From Octopus sinensis (taxonomy: Eukaryota), in contig NW_021833048.1 of the NCBI RefSeq assembly GCF_006345805.1, positions 21,736 through 85,735 of the forward strand: a stretch of DNA of 64,000 nt, in the 5' to 3' direction. Both the position numbers and the translations under genes were made by a program. The stretch's first letter is position 1. The number at the start of each line of letters is the position of its first letter. The notes below the pieces were generated by a model. It saw only the letters and a list, made by a program, of their open reading frames with translations. It did not search any database and was not told the origin of the DNA. Below are positions 53,911 through 64,000 of the stretch, piece after piece.

Positions 53911-54389
53911 GGAATGGTCATTTTGCCAGTTTAGCCAATAAAAACACACGCACTATATATTTGGTGTTACTTTGCTTCAGTGTTATTTATTTTTTACATT
54001 AATCTTAATCTTATTTCGGCCAGAGTTCTTTCGTCACACTCCTGTGACCGCATCAGTGGTCCTTTGTTTTCTTCTTTCTTATTTGTGTCTCTCCTTACTA
54101 ACCGTCAGCCATTGTTATTTATTTTTTACATTAATCTTAATCTTATTTCGGCCAGAGTTCTTTCGTCACACTCCTGTGACCGCATCAGTGGCTGACGGTT
54201 AGTAAGGAGAGACACAAATAAGAAAGAAGAAAACAAAGGACCACTGATGCGGTCACAGGAGTGTGACGAAAGAACTCTGGCCGAAATAAGATTAAGATTA
54301 ATGTAAAAAATAAATAACACTGAAGCAAAATAACACCAAATATATAGTGCGTGTGTTTTTATTGACTAAACTGGCAAAATGACCATTCC
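53911..54389. repeat. ~200-bp near-perfect inverted repeat (foldback)
   Basis: Arms at 53911-54111 and 54189-54389; the 77-bp spacer duplicates part of the left arm. Confidence 0.92.
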
Positions 54390-56010
54390 TAAATATAGAA
54401 ATAAATAAATTAATGAATAAAACTAAACAAATCAATAACAAAACAAAAGCAACAAAAAAATTACTGAGAAAAAACAAGGAAAGAAAAAGAGATCAGTTGC
54501 TAAGTTCAGTAATATTTGCGGTTGTCTGCTTTGTTGAAATCCACCATTTGGGAAAATGAAAGCATTTGAATGGAAATAACGGGAATTGAAATTTAATGAA
54601 ATGTAAGTTAATAATGGTTGAAAGTAGTTTAATAATGAATGCCGATTGGGGCGATGGTTCCAGAGTTTGGTTTTTGGGCTTTTATTGTCCGGTCATTTAA
54701 AAAAATTTTTGTTAGTTTTTATCTTTTTATTTGTTTTAGTCATTGGACTGCGGCCAGGCTGGGGCACATCATGGGTGGGGTGGAGTTTTGTCGGATAAAC
54801 TATTTATTCCGTTTTTATTTTATTTTTTTATATTTCTAAGCCCGGTACTTATTTTATTGGTTTCAATTTGCTGAACGGCCACTTTAAGGGGACGTAAACA
54901 GACCAACACCGGCTGACAAATAATAATAATAATAATAATAATAACAGCAACAATATCGAAAAATACCTTAGGAATAAGAACCCAGGTTCGAAATTTCCCC
55001 CAAGACACCTGAAGAAGGCTGGAGGGTATATCAGCATGCATGCATGCATGGATGGATGGATGGATGGATGGATGGAAGGAAGGAAGGAAGGAAGGAAGGA
55101 AGGAAGGAAAATTACGATATGCACAAGTTTATATTATTAGTTCCAACGTACCATTATCGTTGCCCGGAACCCTACAATGGATGTTCCCAAGAGCATCTGA
55201 ATGCTTAATAAGAACGGATCATCAGGCAACTCTGTGAGTGTGTGTGTGTGTAACGACAGAGTTTAATGACGATATTGTAGAGGCGCAGGAGTGGCTATGT
55301 GGTAAGTAGCTTGCTTACCAACCACATAGTTGCGGGTTCAGTCCCATTGCGTGGCATCTTGGGCAAGTATCTTCTGCTATAGCCCCAGGCCGACCAAAGC
55401 CTTGTGAGTGGATTTGGTAGACGGAAACTGAAAGAAGCCCGTCGTATATATGTATACATATATATAAGTATGTGTGTGTATATGTTTGTGTGTCTGTGTT
55501 TGTCCCCCCAACATCGCTTGACAACCGATGCTGGTGTGTTTACGTCCCCGTCACATAGCGGTTCGGCAAAAGAGACCGATGGAATAAGTACTGGGCTTGC
55601 AAAGAATAAGTCCCGGGGTTCAACAAGAGAGAGGGAGAGACTAAGATTGTATTGTCAAGCACGAAGTATACTCAGCGTGTTGTTCTGTTGCTCCTCTTCT
55701 CTTCATCGGAAGAGGGAGTGCTCATCGGTAAGTGCCAGCAACCAAGGAGAGTGAAAAGTATTTGGTTTGAGTTTTTTTGTAATTTGTTGGTAAGAGATCT
55801 AGGTCAGCTAAAACAATGGGGGTTCTTTGTCTGTATCAGATTTGACCCATGAATACCCTGAAGAGGTCTGAGAGGTCAGCCCATTCTCGTTAATTTCTGA
55901 GTGCCAAAAAAAGGTCAAGATAATGGGATGATGACTTGTTTGACAGTGTGGGAAAATGTGGATTCAGTTTCGAATCCTAGCTTAGCGATTTTGTAGTCGT
56001 TCCACACACA

Positions 56011-56084
<74 letters not shown>

Positions 56085-56430
56085 ACACACAGAAAATATT
56101 AAAATTAATATTAATGTCCTGGAAAATATATGTTAACATCGTTTTCAAGGATATATGAAATCAGTGAAATTCGAATTGAACATCTGAAATATTACCAGTT
56201 GGTAGACGCTAACCTACTAAACCCTTCAAGGGGTTGCTCCAGTCCATAGGACAATTCCACCGGACAACTACTTCCTAGGACAATTACCCCCTTGGTTAAT
56301 TGCCCCTCCCCAATATATTAAGAAGTTTTAAACCATCATCTGTTGTCCTCAGAGGTAATTGTCCAAGGGGGGGGGTTAATGTCTCAGACACGTATATATA
56401 AGCTCACTGGCTGATTATAATATATATATA

Positions 56431-56461
<31 letters not shown>

Positions 56462-56636
56462 ATAAATATTAGGGAATAAATCCAAATTTACAGGGAAAAA
56501 TCAGATTTAGGATTGAATCCAATTTTATAGTAAAATATAATATAATATTAATTAGAGACAAAATTATATAAAATTTTTTATGTATTGGATTAAGTCTTTC
56601 TTTGTTTGATTTGCATAATAGTGGTTTTGTCTCTAA

Positions 56637-56716
<80 letters not shown>

Positions 56717-57317
56717 CTCACTGGCTGATTATAATATATATATAAGTCCACTGGCTGATTGCAACACCGGTACCTGTTCTAGCACTGTTTTTCTATATAT
56801 ATTGCTGGTGTGGAGATGATTCACTGCCATTTCTAGCGTTCAAGTGCCCATCATTGATGAGATCAAGGAAGGTTGAAATCCCATGATCTGATGGTCTCAG
56901 CACTCGAGGTTGCAGGGATTTATCTCTCTGCTAACAATATACACAAAAGCACCACAGTATAGTTTGTTCTAACGGAACATCGACGTTTAAATGGAAACAA
57001 ACCTTACCTGTCGGTATAAATACTGCTTCTGTCCCAATAAATATTTTTTAACAAGCTCACTGCCTGTTCTGGCCCTGTACTTCTACACCAGCGCCTGTTC
57101 TAGCGCTGTACTTCTAAATATCGCTGGCGGGGCGATGAATCGCTGTTCTCTCTAACAGTTGAGCGTCCATCATTGACAGGACCAAGAAAAGTCGAAATCG
57201 TTTGACCTGGTGGTCACGATTAAGTGGGGATAAAAAATACTTCTCGGCGTTAATATTGCCCCTGTCGCAAATAAATATTTTGCAATGAAATCATAATTCG
57301 ATAAAGAAAGGGCTTAC

Positions 57318-57689
57318 CTTTTTGAATTTTTTCGTCCATTTTGATGCCTAACCACAGTGTCCGTACAATTAGTCCATATGAACATGACATGATGAGAATG
57401 GGTACAATCAAGAGGATCCAGTCGAGAAAAACGGTGTACAATTGGCTGCCCAGTTTTGTCGGCCATATCTCTCTGCAAAAATGTATCTGACCATTCCAGG
57501 TGGACACCAGTTTGGTGTATGTGGCTATGGGAATTACCACGGCGAAGGCAAGTAGCCAGCAAGCGGCGATAGTCTTGTAGGCATGCGACAGGGTCTGCCA
57601 TTGGCGGGAGTAGAGAGGATGGCAGATGGCGAAGTAGCGTTCCAGGGACATGGCGACCAAGGTGAAGCAACTGACGGAAACGGAAACAC
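57318..57689 (-). CDS. CCKAR: Cholecystokinin/sulfakinin receptor-like GPCR, TM3-TM5 exon
   Basis: Encodes VSVSVSCFTLVAMSLERYFAICHPLYSRQWQTLSHAYKTIAACW, the CCK-receptor ERY.AIC.PL.SR.WQT.SHA signature. Acceptor cacAG and donor GTaagc; phase 1 matches the next exon. TM1-TM2 exons were not found in the window. Confidence 0.95.
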
Positions 57690-57800
57690 CTGTGTGTGTG
57701 TGTGTGTGTGTGTGTGAAAAAGGAGAGAAAGAAGAGAAATATCAATACATAGTCAATAGATTAAATTATACAAATAAACACGAATGTATGATTACTACTG

Positions 57801-57831
<31 letters not shown>

Positions 57832-57832
57832 A

Positions 57833-57868
<36 letters not shown>

Positions 57869-58487
57869 GCTACTCACCAACTATGATGTCTGTCTGCTCC
57901 CTCAGCCCTACCCCTAACAGATACTGCCCTCTGTTCTCTTAGCCTTAGATATACATGGGATTTGATAAACTAGTCTCTAAATTAAAACTGACCCCATAAA
58001 AACAAAAAAAAATCAGTCACAGGCAGAATCTATAACAATATATATCTTCTTGAAAACTTAGTAACTTCTATGCTGGAATGAGATGGCATGTTTTTTGTCT
58101 ATCTCCTTTAACTTCTTGGAAATTTTAGGTATAATTATACTAATGTGTCCATCTGTTCTAATTTAATTAAATTCTATGTCTTTGTGCAGCTGAGGATTGG
58201 TCTGCATTTTAAATTGATGTAATGATTGCGTTGTTCAATTAAATGGAGCTGCATGAAACGATCGTACTGCATTACCTCTGAGTATCCTGTTGCTTATTTT
58301 GATTTTAATCACCTTATTTTGAAACTGTATGGATAATACCGTACTAAATTCTGGTACCTCAACATATTACCCAATTCATCTGAATCTAAATTTTTGCTAT
58401 AATATATATAAAAATTCTCGTATAAACATTCTCGTATATTTCATCCTTCGTCAACTTCATTTTCATATATATATATATATATCTATT

Positions 58488-58563
<76 letters not shown>

Positions 58564-59249
58564 GGAGAGTTCACGAAAAAAACAAAAGACGAAGACAAGT
58601 GGTGTACAAAACAAACAGATGTATTAGTATAACGCTCAGGAATTGAAAAAGTCTTTTACGTTTCGAGCCTACGCTCTTCTACAGAAAGGGACACAGAAAA
58701 AACAAGGAGAGAAAAAAAGGAGAGAAAAAGGGAGAGAAAAAAGGAGAGAAATATATATATATATATATATGTGTATATATATATATATGTGTATATATAC
58801 ACACACGCGCGCACACACACACATACACATATATATGAACATATATGCATCTGTAAATATAATGTATGTACATTCATATGTGTGTGTGTGTATGTATGTA
58901 TGTATGTATGTACGTATGTGTATTAGATTTGTATACATACATACATACATACATACATACATACATACATACGTACGTACGTATATTTACACAAAAGTGT
59001 GCGTTTATATGTACGTATCTACTTGTGTCTAGAAACCTACTCAGACTCCATTACCGCTGACATCTGTCCCCCGCCGCCCCACCCCACCCCCAATCCACTC
59101 CTCTTGTCTTCCTTTATTTGTTCTGTTCATTGTTTTTGAATCCAGCCCAGAGTCACCAACTTTGAGACAATATCTCCGTATTGTTGGCGGAAGAAGACTG
59201 ACAACAGGTTGGACCGACATACGGGTGCAGCCGTATTGAATTCGATTAA

Positions 59250-60580
59250 GGTGACGGTGGTGGTGGTGGCGGTGGTGGTGGTGGTGGTGGCGGTGGTGGT
59301 GGTGGTGGTTGTGGTGGTGGTGATGGTGGTAGTGGTGGCGGCGGCGGCGGTAGTGGTGGTGGTGGTGTGGTGGTGGTGGTAGTGGTGGTGGTGTTGGTGG
59401 TAGTGGTGGTGGTGGTGTTGGTAGTGGTGGTGGCGGTGGCGGCGGTGGTGGTGGTAGTGGTGGTGGTGGTGGCGGTGGTGGTGGTGGTGGTGGTGGTGGT
59501 AGTGGTGGTGGTGGTGGTGGTGGTGGCGGTGGTGGTAGTGGTGGTAGTGGTGGGTGGTGGTGGTAGTGGTGGTGGTGGTGGTGGTGGTGGTGGTGGTGGT
59601 GGTGGTGGTAGTGGTGGTGGTGGTGGCGGCGGTGGTGGTGGTGGTGGTGGCGGTGGTGTAGTGGCGGTGGTGGTAGTGGTGGCGGTGGGCGGTGGTGGTG
59701 GTTGGCGGTATGGGGTGGTGGTGGTGTGGGGCGGTGTGGTGTGGTGGTGGTAGTGGTGGTGGTGGCGGCAGTGGTGGTGGTGGTGGTGGTAGTGGTGGTG
59801 GTGGTGGTGGTGGTGTGGTGGTGGTGGTAGTGGTGGTAGTAGTAGTAGTTGTAGTAATAATATATTGCTTTACTATCCACAAGGGGTTAAACACAGAGGG
59901 AACAAACAAGGACAGAGAAAGGGATTAAGTCGATTACATCGGCTCCAGTGCGTAACTGGTACTTAATTTAATCGACCCCGAAAGGATGAAAGGCAAAGTC
60001 GACCTCGGCGGAATTTGAACCCAGAAGTTCCAAAGAGTTCATGGAGTTGGTGGTGGTGGTGGTGGTGTTGGTGGTGGTGGTGGTGTTGGTGGTGGTGGTG
60101 GTGGGGCGGCGGTGGTGGTGGTGGTGGTGGCGGTGGTGGTAGTGGCGGTGGTGGTAGTGGTGGCGGTGGTGGTGGTGGCGGTAGTGGTGGTAGTGGTGGT
60201 GGTGGTGGTGGCCGTAGTGGTGGTGGTGGTGGTGGTGGTAGTGGTGGTGGTGGCGGCAGTGGTGGTGGTGGTGGTGGTAGTGGTGGTGGTGGTGGTGGTG
60301 GTGGTGGTGGTAGTAGTTGTAGTAATAATATATTGCTTTACTATCCACAAGGGGTTAAACACAGAGGGAACAAACAAGGACAGAGAAAGGGATTAAGTCG
60401 ATTACATCGGCCCCAGTGCGTAACTGGTACTTAATTTAATCGACCCCGAAAGGATGAAAGGCAAAGTCGACCTCGGCGGAATTTGAACCCAGAAGTTCCA
60501 AAGAGTTCATGGAGTTGTTGGTGGTGGTGGTGGTGTTGGTGGTGGTGGTGGTGTTGGTGTTGGTGGTGGTGGTGGTTGTT
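59250..60580. repeat. (GGT)n tracts with a 480-bp duplication that includes a SINE-B fragment
   Basis: gtagtagttgtagtaataatatattgct...agttcatggagttg occurs twice, at about 59843 and 60309-60323, nearly identical. Confidence 0.9.
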
Positions 60581-61089
60581 AAGTAACAAGATGGGCAAGC
60601 GTGATTAGGTGATGGTCTAGGGGCTTATAGGCGGGAGACCCCAGACCTTGGAAAAAGAAAAACTTTGGTCGTCTTGTTGTAGTCGAGGGCTCTTCGTTGA
60701 CGCCCGACACCACTGGGAGGTGGCCCTCGAAGTCGCTGGAATTGGAGATCTCCAGGTTCAAATTCTTGGACGGCTGGTGGTGGTGGTAGTGGTGGTGGTG
60801 GTGGTAGTGGTGGTGGTGGTGGTAGTGGTGGTGGTGGTGGTGGTGGTGGTGGTAGTTCTAATAGTAGTGATGGTTATGGTGGTGATGGTGGTGGTAGTGG
60901 TAGTAGTTGTAGTAATACTAGTGACGGTGGTGGTAGTGGTGTTGGTAGTGAGGGTGGTACTGTTAGTAGTAGTAGAAGTAGTAGTAGTTGGTGGTGGTGT
61001 TAGTCATGTTAACTGTGGTCGTTGCAGTGGTGGTGATGTTCCGTGTTGGTGTGGTTAGTTGAGGTAGCGGAGGTGGTCGTGCAGATTAA

Positions 61090-61200
61090 CAAATCCCTTT
61101 ATCTGTGATACACTAATCCGCAACGACAAAGAGTTCATGGCTAATCTACCAGATATTGTAATCAAGAACATCCAGAAAAGTAGACAATACCCCACCGCTA
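61090..61200 (+). mobile_element. R4/Dong-type (RLE) LINE fragment
   Basis: ICDTLIRNDKEFMANLPDIVIKN resembles the WD..I.TD....NRPDIVI motif of restriction-like-endonuclease LINEs. Confidence 0.55.
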
Positions 61201-61320
61201 TCAATAGAATAGCTGCTACAGACAACATAATGTTTGAAGTATTTAAATGGAAGATAACCCGATTATATATGCAAGACAAACGAAGACACTACAGCATTGA
61301 AGGATATGACAAAAGGACAT

Positions 61321-61363
<43 letters not shown>

Positions 61364-61373
61364 TATATATATA

Positions 61374-61560
61374 TATCTGTAAATGTAATATGTGACAATT
61401 ATTCGGTAGCCATGATAAAACTCCGAGTTTCGGATGCGCAGGTGGAAATCCACGCCGCCATCTCTTCAGTTATCCGGCCATCGTAAAAATGCCTCGGCAT
61501 CCGAAACTCGGAGTTTTATCATGGCTACCGAATAATTGTCACATATTACATTTACAGATA
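61374..61560. repeat. Perfect 64-bp inverted repeat with a 59-bp spacer
   Basis: Arms at 61374-61437 and 61497-61560 are exact reverse complements. Confidence 0.93.
61413..61474 (-). ncRNA. Type I hammerhead ribozyme motif inside an inverted repeat
   Basis: Minus strand reads GATAA-CTGAAGA-GATG...GTGGA/TCCAC...CATC-C-GAA-ACTCGGAGT-T-TTATC. Stem I is GATAA/TTATC, stem III is ACTC/GAGT and the triplet is GUU. One extra C precedes GAAA. Confidence 0.6.
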
Positions 61561-61818
61561 AATTCCTCTATTTACATAATATCGAGGTTTCTTTCATTCT
61601 TTTGTTGTCTTACCAGTTTTATCAATATATGTAATACACAGCTACTACACACATTGTTTTTCTCTCCTTGTTTTTTTTTCTGTATATCTTTCTGTAGAAG
61701 AGCGTAGGCTCGAAACGTAGACTTGTTTTTTATCCTGAGCGCTTACTAATACATTGGTTTGTTTGTACACCACCTGCCTTCGTCTTTTGTTTTCTTTTCG
61801 CAAACTTTCCCTTTATAT

Positions 61819-61878
<60 letters not shown>

Positions 61879-62046
61879 AGAAATTAGAAAAATAAATAGT
61901 TAACAAATAGAATCCCCAGTAAGGGGTAGAGCACTTAGGTAATTCGGGATAAACCCCGCACAAACAGTCCCGGGTGAACACGAACCAGAGGCTGTAGGAA
62001 AAGTGTTAGTCGATACCATCGACTCCAGTACGTGACTAGTGATTTA

Positions 62047-62369
62047 GGATCTTTTCACTTTGACCGGTAGATTTAAAAAATAATTTTTTGTAACTTTTAA
62101 ACTTCGGCAAACGAAATATACACCGCCGGAAGTTCTTGTTGACAAGCAACAGCAGTAATTGTATTCACCTTAATAGACGTCATTGATTGGTTGAAATTGC
62201 CGAAATACGAGAAATTTAACAACAAATAGCTTACAAACTACAGAATTTTCTCAAGAACGCCAAGAGAAAAAGATGTTTTATGTGACACATTCTACCAGTC
62301 TACGAAGTTTAAAAGTGTTTAGTGACAAAAAATTATTTTTAAAATCTGCCGGTCAAAGTGAAAAGATCC
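62047..62369. mobile_element. MITE (GGATCTTTTC termini, 8-bp TSD gYgattta)
   Basis: About 40-bp TIR ggatcttttcactttgaccggtagatttaaaaaataattttt; flanks gtgattta and gcgattta. Confidence 0.8.
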
Positions 62370-63189
62370 GCGATTTATTTTCTCGCCCTCGGAATGATGA
62401 AAGGCAAAGTTGACCTCGGCGGTATTTAAACTCAGAACTTAAGGAGCCACAGCAAATATTGTAAAACAGGCGAAGAATAAGAAGAAGAAGGCTAATTATG
62501 ACGATGGAGATGGTGGAGGCGAAGGTGGGATGTCTTATCCGGCACCATATTCTTAGTAATAAAAAGCAAGGAATGGTTAGCAAATGGTTGGTCACCTAGA
62601 GTGTGACTGGCGCGAATGTTCAAGGTTTGGTAGGCTTTACAGTGATGACGGGCTCACCTCTACATCCGATTGTGTAGTTTGGACTTGAATTGAAAGCGGG
62701 GACGATGATGACGTGTACGTCGACAATGGCGACGAGGATTGATGATAGTGATGATGATGCTGATAGTAGTGATGATGACGGTTATGGAGATATGATGATT
62801 GGAAGAGAGAGAGAGAGAGAGAGAGGTGAGGCTGACGGAAAGAAAAACTGAAACTGTAATAATCATCATTGTCTTCATAATCATCACGATCATCATCACC
62901 ACCACTACCAACACCACCACCAATACCACCTCTACTACCGTCATTATTGCGCCAACCACCACCACCACCACCACCACCAATACCACGTCTACTACCGTCA
63001 TTATCGCCCCAACCACCACCATAACCAGCATCACCGCCGCCACTATCACCACCACCACCACCACCACCACCACCACCACCACCATCATCATCATCAACAT
63101 CAGCAATGTTAACACCTGCGGCCATCGTTGTTTTACCTTTTCAAAATGACCGGTCATTAATGTCTTACCTACAAACTTAGACAAACGAA

Positions 63190-63220
<31 letters not shown>

Positions 63221-63575
63221 TGTGTTGGGTGTGTGTGTGTGTGTGTCTATGAATATGTGTATATATATATATGTATGTATATACATGTTCATATACACAT
63301 ATGTATCGGTGCACACACACACATATACACACGGATAGACATGCACACGAGCAAGCAATCACGCATACACGCGAACATACGCACACACATGCACTAATTG
63401 TGAACATGACCGCTAGGATCGAAACCCTATTAACTCAGAAAATCAGTCACCAATAATGTGTGTGTGTATGTGCGCGCGCGTGTGCGTAGTGTGTGTGTGT
63501 GTGTATTATGCACTTGTTTATATACAGTGTAGATACACATATCACACACATACACAAATATGATATATATAAGAA

Positions 63576-63689
<114 letters not shown>

Positions 63690-63952
63690 GTATATATGTA
63701 CATACATATACACACATGCACACACATATATATATATATATACATACATACATACACACACACACACCATATACATAAACACACACATAAATCATATATA
63801 TGTGTGTGTGTGTGTATGAATGGCTGTGTGGTTAAGAAGTTTCTTTTTCCAACCACAAGGTTCCAGTTCAGTCCCACTGTTAGCACCTTGCACAAATGTG
63901 TGCGTGTATATATATCTATTATATATATATATATATGTAATATATATAATAT

Positions 63953-64000
63953 AGGTCTGATCAATAAGTATCTGGACTGTTGTCACAGTAACGAAGCTAA
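63953..64000. mobile_element. Probable mariner-type TIR at the window edge
   Basis: TA-ggtctgatcaataagtatctggactg after a TA run resembles mariner termini; truncated by the window end. Confidence 0.35.

Noticed and set aside
57250-57317. Read-through extension of the GPCR TM5 exon given by the ORF track (GKPFLY...GQY*)
   Set aside because: A strong GTAAGC donor at 57317 is phase-matched to the terminal exon, so the extension is intronic.
59041-60434. Pro/His/Thr/Gly-rich ORFs resembling extensins or formins
   Set aside because: Translations of (GGT)n microsatellites.

Overview
Repeat-dense eukaryotic DNA. The repeat landscape and long introns point to a coleoid cephalopod, probably Octopus (inferred, not proven). 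Three intron-containing genes could be rebuilt by hand from GT/AG sites with consistent reading phase. (1) The 3' part of a + strand S1-family serine protease: exons 513-599 (tentative), 1543-1674, 6200-6342 and 10548-10703. (2) An apparently complete + strand CKAP2-like gene: 8 exons, 22529-43698, 496 aa. It has a CCAAT/CHR-type cell-cycle promoter and a ~4 kb 81-bp minisatellite right after the stop codon. (3) The 3' part (TM3 to end) of a - strand cholecystokinin/sulfakinin-type GPCR: exons 57689-57318 and 52698-51707, with a polyQ/polyD tail. The rest is microsatellites, at least four SINE-like families, CR1, RTE and R4-like LINE relics, a mariner relic, MITEs, Helitron-like elements and tandem arrays. 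Almost all long ORFs in the supplied track are repeat artefacts. The most unusual signal is a set of hammerhead-ribozyme motifs of the Penelope-like-element type. One has a fully canonical core (21091-21194). One lies inside a perfect 64-bp foldback on the GPCR sense strand (61374-61560). Five more are short, degenerate copies.
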